A DNA stretch of 64,000 nt from an uncultured Pirellulaceae bacterium (GTDB lineage Bacteria > Planctomycetota > Planctomycetia > Pirellulales > Pirellulaceae). Below the pieces are notes generated by a model. That model made no database searches and was not told the DNA's origin. It saw only the letters and a program-made list of their open reading frames with translations. Both the position numbers and the translations under genes were made by a program. Location: the NCBI GenBank assembly GCA_964584615.1, contig CAZPBE010000030.1, positions 3,594 to 67,593 of the forward strand, in the 5' to 3' direction. This document shows, one piece after another, positions 18,987-27,477 of this stretch; the first letter of the stretch is position 1; every line of letters begins with the position of its first letter.

Positions 18987-20003
18987 CTATTCACCTTGAT
19001 ATTGATCTTCTTCGCGACCGGGGTTAATCTCTCCCGATTCCTCAGAGTCTTCGTAGTCGCGTGGTTCACCTGTAGGTCGCCCAGATTCACTTGAAGGCGG
19101 TCCCTTGTAGGGGCCGTACATGTCGCCACCACTTTCACTGCTAGTAGTAGTGCTATGGATCAAATTATCATCTTTATCGAAGTAGGACTTTCTTTCCTCG
19201 GTACCACCATGGTAAATAACCATCGTGTTAGCTGTCTCCGGAAGCCCAGATTTAGCTACTGGCTCATCATCAAGTTGGTCGTCTTTCTCCAAATCCTTGA
19301 AGAATGGATCGTCAACATCGGTTGGTTCGGTTTCGTCGGCTTCGCCACGAAGTGCCAGGCGAATATCGCCTTCTTTCTTGACCAATACGATCTTTTCAGC
19401 TTGTCGCTCGGTCACGATCACACCCACGATAGCACTTCCAGAATTCTTGCTCCCTTCTCGATGCTGAGCGTCGGTCGTGTTTCCGTTGACGTTGAAAACT
19501 CGGATCGCCTTCAAGAAAGTACGTGTTTCCGAGCGGTTGGTTCCGTTGCCGTTTCGATCACGAACAGGGAAAACGCCAATGATATCAACCTTTGCACCTG
19601 GTGATAGCAAGCCGCTCATCGCGTCTTCTGGCGGAACCTTAATATTGATGACTTTGTGCCCCGGTGGGATCGCAAGTTCAACGATTTCGTTGCGATGCTT
19701 GATATCCATCGAGTGAAGCACTTGGCCCTTACGAGCTCGTGCAGTGATCACTTTGCCTTTGACCTCTTCGAGATCCGTGGCAGCTCCTTCTGGAATCAAA
19801 TTGACTGGCCAGTTTTCAATACTGCAATTCTCTTCCGAGAGTTGAGCCTTGATGTTCAAGTGCGAGCTGGCGACAAGAACTGGTCCCATTTTGACTGGGG
19901 GAGCGGTGTTTGCTTTGCTTCCCATGACTTGGCTGATGCCGATGGCGGCAATTAGCCCAAAGCCCATGGAAAGAACCATTAACATAAAAGATTTTGACTT
20001 CAT
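18987..20003 (-). CDS. cpaB: Flp pilus assembly protein CpaB/RcpC with a long acidic C-terminal extension
   Basis: N-terminal TM anchor MKSKSFMLMVLSMGFGLIAAIGI, a SAF-like region, and a position between cpaA and cpaC. The last ~120 aa are D/E/S/G-rich. Confidence 0.8.
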   Translation of the reverse strand: MKSKSFMLMVLSMGFGLIAAIGISQVMGSKANTAPPVKMGPVLVASSHLNIKAQLSEENCSIENWPVNLIPEGAATDLEEVKGKVITARARKGQVLHSMDIKHRNEIVELAIPPGHKVINIKVPPEDAMSGLLSPGAKVDIIGVFPVRDRNGNGTNRSETRTFLKAIRVFNVNGNTTDAQHREGSKNSGSAIVGVIVTERQAEKIVLVKKEGDIRLALRGEADETEPTDVDDPFFKDLEKDDQLDDEPVAKSGLPETANTMVIYHGGTEERKSYFDKDDNLIHSTTTSSESGGDMYGPYKGPPSSESGRPTGEPRDYEDSEESGEINPGREEDQYQGE

Positions 20004-20345
20004 CGGTGTTTCCTCAGCGGTAGCCTTCGAGCCGGAATGTTGCTAGTGACGCGTCATTCGGCGGAGTAATTGACGGATTGTTTAATCGAAGCGACCGTCC
20101 TGGCTACACATTTCTCCATCCTGGAGATGAAAGGCCCCGATTTAATGCATGCACTTTCAGCTTGCATAATTCAGCTATCGAACTGTTTCGGCAGTTTCCA
20201 AGCAAAATAGTTAGTCGTTTCTAGGTGGAGCGGATCCTCAATAGAATCGGAACCATGCTGACAAACGCCAAACTCACTTGGTCTCTTGTTCCTGTTGCTT
20301 CCGTTGGCTTTGCAATAAGCCCAAAAAAACCTCACGGCTTAACAG

Positions 20346-20376
20346 GAAAAACGGCCTTTGGAATTCCAAAGGCCGT
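20346..20376 (-). terminator. Rho-independent terminator after cpaA
   Basis: A perfect 26-nt palindrome, ACGGCCTTTGGAATTCCAAAGGCCGT (20351-20376), is followed on the minus strand by a T-run. Confidence 0.85.
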
Positions 20377-20410
20377 CAAATGGCTGTGGGTTTTATCTAA
20401 GTTGGATCGA

Positions 20411-20986
20411 TCACACAAGCATTCGCATCCAGCCCATGTACATCACGGTTCCGATGGCCATTGGGATACCATAAGGAAGCAATCGCATTGAGCTTTTTCG
20501 GTCAGCCGCGATTTCGGAAAGCACTTCCGGATTTCGCACTGTCGTGATCTCATTAAAGATGTAGAAGAACTGGTCGTAGTGCTTCTTCCACTGACCGGCC
20601 ATCAAAATCATGGCTACAGCGAGGATCGCACCAACGATGGCTCCGACACAGAATGAGTAAAATGTAATTGATACATGAACCCAGGCTCCGATCGCCATCA
20701 TCATCTTCACGTCGCCGGCTCCCATTCCACCGATGGAATAGAAAGGCAGCAATGTCATCATGCCGACGAATGTTCCAGCAAGACTCCACATCAGGCCGTA
20801 GTACCAGCCTTCGCCAGCCATACCGTATGCGACGCAGCTGTAAATCCAGCCTGCAACGATCATCGGAAATGTTAATTTGTTCGGGACACGCAATTCTTTA
20901 CCGTCAATATAGGCGGCAACGACTGCGAAAATAGCGACAACCCAGTAAACCCAGTTGTCACACATAGTTGAAAAAATATCGCTCAT
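20411..20986 (-). CDS. cpaA: Prepilin peptidase, A24 family (CpaA/TadV)
   Basis: Polytopic membrane protein with the Asp motifs AAYIDGKELRVPN and GGMGAGDVKMMMAIG. I place the start at ATG 20984-20986, preceded by AGGAG; the track start at 21001 is GTG. Confidence 0.85.
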   Translation of the reverse strand: MSDIFSTMCDNWVYWVVAIFAVVAAYIDGKELRVPNKLTFPMIVAGWIYSCVAYGMAGEGWYYGLMWSLAGTFVGMMTLLPFYSIGGMGAGDVKMMMAIGAWVHVSITFYSFCVGAIVGAILAVAMILMAGQWKKHYDQFFYIFNEITTVRNPEVLSEIAADRKSSMRLLPYGIPMAIGTVMYMGWMRMLV

Positions 20987-21448
20987 TGAAATCTCCTGCA
21001 CCTCGTGTGCGTTGCGACGAAGGAACGTCGGTTTAATTCAGGGGTTCTCGAAATAGTTAATTGGAATGAGCGGCGTATTGGTGTGCTTTTTTTGGGAAGC
21101 ACTGTGCTTTGGTCGAAGCACGGTCTCTGGTCTCTGTTTTGACTTGCAATTCAAAGTCGAATGAATCGATTTATCCTCGCATCGTCAAAAGGTAGCTTGC
21201 AAAAACGGCCACGACTGTAAAAAAACAGCAAACGATTTCAAACGCATGCTCATAGCATTGGGGTCCGATGAAACCGTCCATTTTTTACTCGTGAAAAAAA
21301 TTAATTAAAGTTTTCCGTATTCGCTTTTCGTCGATCGAAATCAGACGCATCAGGGAGGCGAGTGGGTGTTTGTTTGCGACCCATTTCCTCGCTGATGCCT
21401 CGGATTTCACTGACTGACTGAAGTCCCTCTGTCTCTTCAAGTGAGCAT

Positions 21449-21482
21449 AAAAAAGCCCCTCCGACCGGAAGATCGGAGAGGC
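21449..21482 (-). terminator. Rho-independent terminator after flp
   Basis: The minus strand reads GCCUCUCCGAUC-uucc-GGUCGGAGGGGC followed by UUUUUU. Confidence 0.85.
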
Positions 21483-21516
21483 AATTTATTAACTCGCACA
21501 GGAGCTAGGCATAAAC

Positions 21517-21714
21517 CTAGTTAACCTGACCAGTTCGTGACGACTCAAGGTCAGCTGCAATGTCCTGGAACGTTGAGTTAGCTGATGTACCAACAGCTTG
21601 GATAGCTGTTAGGCAAACGATAACAATCAAAGCAAGCATGATTGCGTACTCAACAGCTGTTGGACCATCTTCTGACTTGATGAAACGCTGAACTTTAGAA
21701 ACGATATTCTTCAT
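21517..21714 (-). CDS. flp: Flp-family type IVb pilin
   Basis: 65 aa: MKNIVSKVQRFIKSEDG/PTAVEYAIMLALIVIVCLTAI. This is the Flp leader plus the G/xxxxEY processing motif. ATG 21712-21714 is preceded by GGAGGA. Confidence 0.9.
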   Translation of the reverse strand: MKNIVSKVQRFIKSEDGPTAVEYAIMLALIVIVCLTAIQAVGTSANSTFQDIAADLESSRTGQVN

Positions 21715-22212
21715 AATATTTCCTCCGACGGAATGAAAGTTACCCAAATTGGGCATGAGCCGAGGCTCGATTAAAATAAGGGCTTGACTGACCAAGTGGA
21801 TGAGCACTTCTCCTGCAAGTCAGTTGTCCCACGTTAAAAACGCGTTGCCTTCAGATGAAAGCGATGCAGGAATCAATTTGCTTCCAGTCATGAAGACCAG
21901 AAGCGGAGTGAGCAAGAACAACTCGTGTCATCCTCGACTCACTAGAAACTTATGACATAAACAGCGTTAGTCAAACTTTGTTGGTTAAATAAAATGAAAA
22001 TAGTTCTGCTGCTTTTACCGCTCAGTAAAAAACTGCCGTTAAACTCGGGTAATCGCGTTAGCCAACGGAAACGAGTATTCCTAACCGGCAAGAGCAGCCG
22101 AATACAGGTGCAACCGGTTGTAACGATTGTGCGGTCAGCGGACTTCGATGGATGGATCCGCGAGACGTGAAAAGAAGTGTGGAAGAACGAAATCCTGCTG
22201 CGGCGTTGATGC

Positions 22213-22272
22213 AACCTGCGGTAGCTTTGTCCAACCAGCGGTAGCTTTGTTTAGGCGCCAGCTTTGTTTAAA
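22213..22272. repeat. Tandem direct repeat: two good 20-bp copies plus one degenerate copy
   Basis: AACCTGCGGTAGCTTTGTCC (22213-22232), AACCAGCGGTAGCTTTGTTT (22233-22252) and AGGCGCCAGCTTTGTTTAAA (22253-22272). The array abuts the kinase stop codon, about 500 bp upstream of flp. Confidence 0.7.
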
Positions 22273-23950
22273 AAACGGATGGGTTCAGTTGGCTTTTCTT
22301 CCGCCGGTAATACTTCAGACCTGAAAAGAAGAAACAGCAGGCTGAAACGCATCCGAAGATGCACATTGCGCTCTCAGGTATGACAACCATCATGATCGCT
22401 GTAATGAACATGGCGACCGACTGGATATAAAAGGACCCCGATAGAATCCCGGCCTTGATCAGGAATACCATCGCGGCAACCAAGCCCAGCATTGGGGCCA
22501 GCGTAAGTACGGGCAAATCCAATGCGGCCTCCAATGGAAACAGAAACGCCACGATTCCCATCGCGGCAGCCCAAACATGGGCGATTTGCCGCTCAACGAA
22601 GGTGACTGGCCCCATCCGCCGACGAACAAACCAGAAGACAATCGCCCAAATTCCGATGCCAAGGGTCCACATCAGCCAATAGGGGGTTCGATCCTCGACT
22701 CCCGACCAATACAGCATTTCCGTTGCCAGGCTGGCCACTAATAAGACCAGACTGTGCCAAATCCAAATCAGCCCCCAGTTCTCCAGGATCTCGGCATGGT
22801 GGGTTTCGCGAAAAACATTGGAGATAATCTGGGCGAACCGGCCCTCCCTCGCGCTGACGACTCGGTCGTCCAAAAACGCCTGAACATCATCGCAGAGTAA
22901 ACCCGCTGTTTGATAACGCAGGTCCTGCGGCTTTTGCAGACAACGCATCGAAATCATCTCCAAACGACGATCGACGCGACGGTTGAGTGTTCGCGGCGCA
23001 ATCGGATCCTGTTCCAGCACCATCAATACGGTATCAACAGGCGACGTTCCCCAAAACGGTGGCCGACCGGTGAGCATGTGATACAGGATTGCCCCCAAGC
23101 TATAAACGTCGCTGGCAACCCCAATTTGTCCTCGTGCACCTGCGGCTTGCTCAGGTGACATATAAGAAGGCGTGCCAATGATTGCCCCCGAACCGGTCAA
23201 ACTGGCTTTGCTGTTGTGTTGTTTGGCCAGCCCAAAATCCGCCACGTAGGCCGTTCCTTCGTCATCGATGAGAATATTGGAAGGCTTCAGGTCTCGATGC
23301 AAAACACCTTGGCTGTGAGCGTATTCGATTGCGCCGCTGATCTGTGCCAAAAAATTGCCAGCCCGACGCGACGGAATCGGACCGTGCAACAGTCGAGCGG
23401 CAAGCGTTTGACCTTCGATCAACTTCATGCAAAAGAAAGCTCGACCTTCGAACTCGCCAATTTCATAGATCGGCACAATGTTCGGATGGCTAAGTTGACC
23501 CGCTGCATCTGCTTCCGCTCGAAACCGTTGACGCTCGGCATCTGAAGCGAAATCGCCTTTGAGAATCATCTTGATGGCGACAGCTTCCTGATCGGATTTT
23601 CGCAAAGCTTGATAGACGACGCCCATGCCACCTCGGCCAATTTCGGTTTCGAGCAAGTAGTCGCCCAGATCAAAAGGCAACTCCAGGCCAGGCATGCGAA
23701 ACTCATCAGTCGTCGCGCCGAGATCACTTTGTTCAACCGCGATCGCCTGAGTGACCATCAGGGTGCCCCAAAGTTCTCTCAAGTCTTTTGCAAACAGAGG
23801 GTGCTTTTTGCAAGTCGCTTCCAGGTTGATTTCCTCGCCTCCACCGACCCGGTCGGCGAGACGGGTAAGCAGATTAGCCAGTTCCTGTTCCTGTTCGGGC
23901 GACAACTCGGATGCGGCTTCGTGGTTCATGGAATGGCTCTCAGAATTCAA
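22268..23950 (-). CDS. Ser/Thr protein kinase with a C-terminal polytopic membrane domain
   Basis: Hanks motifs AVAIKMI, HRDLKPSNIL, DFGLAK and GTPSYMSPEQ. The C-terminal ~190 aa hold about six hydrophobic helices. The start is either TTG 23950, overlapping the sigma-factor stop as TTGA, or ATG 23929. Confidence 0.9.
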   Translation of the reverse strand: MNSESHSMNHEAASELSPEQEQELANLLTRLADRVGGGEEINLEATCKKHPLFAKDLRELWGTLMVTQAIAVEQSDLGATTDEFRMPGLELPFDLGDYLLETEIGRGGMGVVYQALRKSDQEAVAIKMILKGDFASDAERQRFRAEADAAGQLSHPNIVPIYEIGEFEGRAFFCMKLIEGQTLAARLLHGPIPSRRAGNFLAQISGAIEYAHSQGVLHRDLKPSNILIDDEGTAYVADFGLAKQHNSKASLTGSGAIIGTPSYMSPEQAAGARGQIGVASDVYSLGAILYHMLTGRPPFWGTSPVDTVLMVLEQDPIAPRTLNRRVDRRLEMISMRCLQKPQDLRYQTAGLLCDDVQAFLDDRVVSAREGRFAQIISNVFRETHHAEILENWGLIWIWHSLVLLVASLATEMLYWSGVEDRTPYWLMWTLGIGIWAIVFWFVRRRMGPVTFVERQIAHVWAAAMGIVAFLFPLEAALDLPVLTLAPMLGLVAAMVFLIKAGILSGSFYIQSVAMFITAIMMVVIPESAMCIFGCVSACCFFFSGLKYYRRKKSQLNPSVF

Positions 23951-24591
23951 CTCTGCGACAAGTTATCATCACCTAGTTGATTTTGCAGAATGACTTTCAG
24001 CTTTCTAATCGCCCGCAGATATCGCATGCTTGCCGCTGGCTCTGATAGACCGAGTACTTTTCCAATTTCCTGGTTGGTTAGATTTTCATAGTGACGCATC
24101 ACCACGATCTCGCAGTCTTTCTCTTCAAGCAACGAAATTGCGGATTCAACTTTGCGAGCCATTTCTTTTTGCAGCGAAGCTGCTGCAGGTGTCAAGCGGT
24201 TATCTCCTAGAATCGAAGCCAGATGAATCGACGACTGGTCATAGCCACGAGGCGCGACCATGGCTTGCTCGCGATCAACCGAACGTTTCGCGGAAACTCG
24301 ATGTCGCCGGTGGGCGTCGATGATCCGGTCTTTCGCGATTTGACGAAGCCACAAATGAAAGGGCATGATGGGATCGCCCAGATAACGTTGCAGACGCCGG
24401 TTGGCTTCGACAAGGACATCCTGCACAACATCACTGACGTCAACGCGTTTTAGAATCTTGGCATCTAATCGCATTCGCACGAGGTGGCGCAAAGAATTTC
24501 GATGTCGATCCATCAATTGGTTAACTGCCGAAGCATCACCGTCTTTGGCAAGCGCCAACAACTCATTGGTTTGTAAAGGTTCAGGCCACAT
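23947..24591 (-). CDS. ECF-type RNA polymerase sigma-70 family factor
   Basis: 214 aa. Region 2 reads DVVQDVLVEANRRLQRY...FHLWLRQIAKDRIIDAHR. Region 4 reads VVMRHYENLTNQEIGKVLGLSEPAASMRYLRAIRKL. Confidence 0.9.
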   Translation of the reverse strand: MWPEPLQTNELLALAKDGDASAVNQLMDRHRNSLRHLVRMRLDAKILKRVDVSDVVQDVLVEANRRLQRYLGDPIMPFHLWLRQIAKDRIIDAHRRHRVSAKRSVDREQAMVAPRGYDQSSIHLASILGDNRLTPAAASLQKEMARKVESAISLLEEKDCEIVVMRHYENLTNQEIGKVLGLSEPAASMRYLRAIRKLKVILQNQLGDDNLSQS

Positions 24592-24662
24592 AGCACCATT
24601 ATCACTTGGTTTGAATTCTATGGCTACCGAATTTATGCGACAAAGGGTCGCAATGCAACGAT

Positions 24663-25847
24663 TTATATTGTCAATCGACTAAGGGAATTGCATAGCGTTT
24701 CGATTTGCGTCATTGAATTGTAGAGATGGCATGAAACGCGGATGAACCAGCGTTCGTTGAAATTCCAAACAGGAACCTCAATCGAAGACTCTTCCCACAA
24801 CTGTTGCTGTAGTTTAGACCAGTCTCCAGCCGGCAAAGGGACTTGAGCCATCGAGCCATACCAACCTTCTGACCGCTTGGCGATCGGCTCGGTGCCCCAC
24901 ATCTCCAACAGTTTTAACTCTGTTTGCTCCGCAAGATAGTGCATTCGTCGTCGCGCAGTTTCGAATCCAAGATCGCGAAAATAATTGATTGCCGTTGGGA
25001 TCGCGAGGAACACGGCCGGATCTTTGGTGCCTTTCCAAACAAACTCTTCGTGCCATTTTTCAACAACCGCGGGCTTCAGTCGTCCCCAGCTTTGGATAGG
25101 CGGAACAATCGTCTCGTGATGTTTTGGATTCACATATAGGAATCCGCTTCCAAGTGGAGCGCAAAGCCATTTGTGACAACTCGCGCAATAGAAATCGCAA
25201 TTTAGTCCGTTGATCGAAAATTCAACCTGAAGCGGTGCGTGCGGACCGTCAACACAAATCATCACTCCGCGCTGGGAGAGTGAGTCGCAGATTTCAGGCA
25301 ATGGCATGATCAGCGCAGTCGCCGAAGTGATATGACTAACCACTGCCAATTTGGTTTGGGTTGTCACACCACTGACAATGCAGTCGACGATTTGCTGTTG
25401 GGATTCAAATTTTTCAGGAAGTTTGACGATCACCAGCGTCGCGCCATGGCGCTGACAAGCTCTTTCCCAGATCCGTCCCACGGCCCCGTACGTATGATCG
25501 GTGATCAGGATTTCATCACCCGGTTCAAGCTGAATGCTATTGGCAACAACGTTCATGCCATACGTCGCGTTGTCGACAAAAATCAGATTGCCACTCTCGG
25601 TCCCGACAAATTCAGCCAGAGTTTGCTTGGCGTCTGCGATCAACGGTTCAAGCTGACGGATGAAAAAATCCATCGGTTGTTCGTCAAGCCGTTGGGTGAA
25701 GTAGTTGCGTTTGTAGCGAACGCAGTTCAGCGCGATCCCGAAGGATCCATGGTTCAAGTAGACCGAATCGGTGCGCACGTTGAACTCGTGAAGGAAAGTC
25801 TGCCAGTCAGATTCGTTGGCAACGTCGACGGATGGGTGAAGTTTCAT
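24663..25847 (-). CDS. Aminotransferase class V-fold PLP enzyme (isopenicillin-N-epimerase / cysteine-desulfurase-like)
   Basis: 394 aa. Has YLNHGSFG, ITDHTYGAV, SHITSATA and the PLP-lysine context ASCHKWLCAP. Confidence 0.8.
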   Translation of the reverse strand: MKLHPSVDVANESDWQTFLHEFNVRTDSVYLNHGSFGIALNCVRYKRNYFTQRLDEQPMDFFIRQLEPLIADAKQTLAEFVGTESGNLIFVDNATYGMNVVANSIQLEPGDEILITDHTYGAVGRIWERACQRHGATLVIVKLPEKFESQQQIVDCIVSGVTTQTKLAVVSHITSATALIMPLPEICDSLSQRGVMICVDGPHAPLQVEFSINGLNCDFYCASCHKWLCAPLGSGFLYVNPKHHETIVPPIQSWGRLKPAVVEKWHEEFVWKGTKDPAVFLAIPTAINYFRDLGFETARRRMHYLAEQTELKLLEMWGTEPIAKRSEGWYGSMAQVPLPAGDWSKLQQQLWEESSIEVPVWNFNERWFIRVSCHLYNSMTQIETLCNSLSRLTI

Positions 25848-25908
25848 GGTCGTGTTTGTATGGTTGGTGCAAATTCTCTAACGGGTGGCCGTCCGTTTTC
25901 GCCAGTAC

Positions 25909-25942
25909 TTGTATTCCTCCGCAGTTTGTATTTCTCCGCAGT
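25909..25942. repeat. 17-bp tandem direct repeat, two copies
   Basis: TTGTATTCCTCCGCAGT (25909-25925) and TTGTATTTCTCCGCAGT (25926-25942) differ at one position. They lie in the divergent intergenic region. Confidence 0.8.
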
Positions 25943-25955
25943 TCAAATTTTGGGT

Positions 25956-26053
25956 CGGGTGCCATGGCCACGCGAAGCATGGCCATGAATTGAACACTGG
26001 AAAATCTCTTCTACATTTGAGCATGCTCACGCCGGCGTGAAGCATGGCACCCG
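25956..26053. repeat. 98-bp element bounded by perfect 11-bp inverted repeats (REP/MITE-like)
   Basis: CGGGTGCCATG (25956-25966) and CATGGCACCCG (26043-26053) are exact reverse complements. An internal imperfect palindrome, GCATGCTCACGCCGGCGTGAAGCATG, lies at 26021-26046. The CATGGC motif occurs three times. Confidence 0.6.
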
Positions 26054-26213
26054 AAAATCAAGTTGAGATGGAATACTAGATCTAGATCATACCCAATTTT
26101 TTGTTTCACTAGTCTGGCGTCAAGCATCCTCATCCAAGCTTTCCCAATCGCAAGACGCTACAATTTGAGTTAACTCTATCATTCAATCTGTCATTCAACG
26201 AAAGCCGCATTTT

Positions 26214-27377
26214 ATGACGATTCGACTTTTGATCTTTTTGATTTCTTTTTTGGTATACCAGTCCGCGTTGGTTGGCTCTTCCGCTTTGGCCGTTCAAACT
26301 TCTCCGTTGAAACGAATCGACCTTGATGGTGAAGCCGAGCGCCAAGTCATTGTTGATATAGAAAGTGGAATCTATCTTGGGCACCCCACCACGTGTCTTC
26401 TCGAAGACAACAAAACAATGCTGTGCGTTTACCCGAAAGGTCACGGCAAAGGTGGCATCGTCTACAAACGAAGTTCCGATGCTGGGCTGACCTGGTCCGA
26501 ACGGCTGCCGACACCAGAATCGTGGACGACGTCCAAAGAAGTTCCAACGCTTCATCGTGTTGTCGGTCCCGATGGCAAAAAGCGAATCATTATGTTTTCT
26601 GGTCTCTATCCCACGCGCATGGCGACTTCTGAGGACGACGGTGAAACTTGGAGTGAGCTTGAGCAAGTTGGCGATTGGGGTGGGATCGTCGTCATGGGTT
26701 GTGTCTTTGAATTGAAGACAGGAAGCGGGCACTATATGGCGATGTTCCACGATGATGGTCGATTCATTGCGCAAGATTCGAAGCAAAGAGATCCGGTTGA
26801 ATTCAATCTTTACAAAACGAACTCGATGGACGGTGGGTTGACGTGGAGTAAGCCCGATTCGATCAAGGCTTCTTCTGAAAAACACATTTGTGAACCTGGA
26901 GTGATTCGTTCGCCGGATGGAAACCAGTTGGCGATTCTGCTCCGTGAGAATAGCCGTCGACACAACTCGCAGATTATTTTTTCTGACGACGAAGGACTGA
27001 CGTGGACCGAGCCGCGAGACTTGCCGGCTTCGCTCAATGGTGACCGGCACACAGGTCAATACAGTAGCGACGGGCGACTGTTCATTTCGTTTCGACGTCG
27101 CAACCCAAGTGAACGTGATGCGGGCAACAGTGCTGACGCGTTCGAAGGCGACTGGGTTGGATGGGTTGGGACGTATCAAGATCTGGTCGAGTCAAACGAG
27201 GGGCAATACCTTGTGCGTCTTAAGGACAACAAGAATGCGTGGGACTGCGCATACCCCGGCGTTGAATATCTGCCCGACGGTACATTCGTGACGACAACGT
27301 ACGGTCATTGGGACGAAGGCGAAAAACCTTACATCCTGTCGGTTCGGTTGAAGTTGGAAGAGTTGGATCGGAAGTAG
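26214..27377 (+). CDS. BNR/Asp-box repeat sialidase-like glycoside hydrolase (GH33-like), secreted
   Basis: Signal peptide plus four S-x-D-x-G-x-T-W Asp boxes: SSDAGLTWSE, SEDDGETWSE, SMDGGLTWSK and SDDEGLTWTE. Confidence 0.85.
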   Translation: MTIRLLIFLISFLVYQSALVGSSALAVQTSPLKRIDLDGEAERQVIVDIESGIYLGHPTTCLLEDNKTMLCVYPKGHGKGGIVYKRSSDAGLTWSERLPTPESWTTSKEVPTLHRVVGPDGKKRIIMFSGLYPTRMATSEDDGETWSELEQVGDWGGIVVMGCVFELKTGSGHYMAMFHDDGRFIAQDSKQRDPVEFNLYKTNSMDGGLTWSKPDSIKASSEKHICEPGVIRSPDGNQLAILLRENSRRHNSQIIFSDDEGLTWTEPRDLPASLNGDRHTGQYSSDGRLFISFRRRNPSERDAGNSADAFEGDWVGWVGTYQDLVESNEGQYLVRLKDNKNAWDCAYPGVEYLPDGTFVTTTYGHWDEGEKPYILSVRLKLEELDRK

Positions 27378-27417
27378 TGTAAATTCGACGTTGTGAGTTT
27401 TTGTTGAGTGACATCGT

Positions 27418-27447
27418 AAAAAAAGCCCCGTCCAATGATGACGGAGC
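27418..27447 (-). terminator. Rho-independent terminator after glnII
   Basis: The minus strand reads AGCUCCGUC-aucauug-GACGGGGCU followed by a U-run. 8 of 9 stem pairs are complementary. Confidence 0.75.
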
Positions 27448-27477
27448 TTACTGTTTCAAAATCAAAACGCGGGTCGC

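Noticed and set aside
26130-27179. 349-aa ORF antisense to the sialidase-like gene
   Set aside because: It lies entirely within the opposite strand of a gene carrying four canonical Asp boxes. Its translation is R/S/T-rich with no recognisable motif, signal or RBS. It is a typical shadow ORF.
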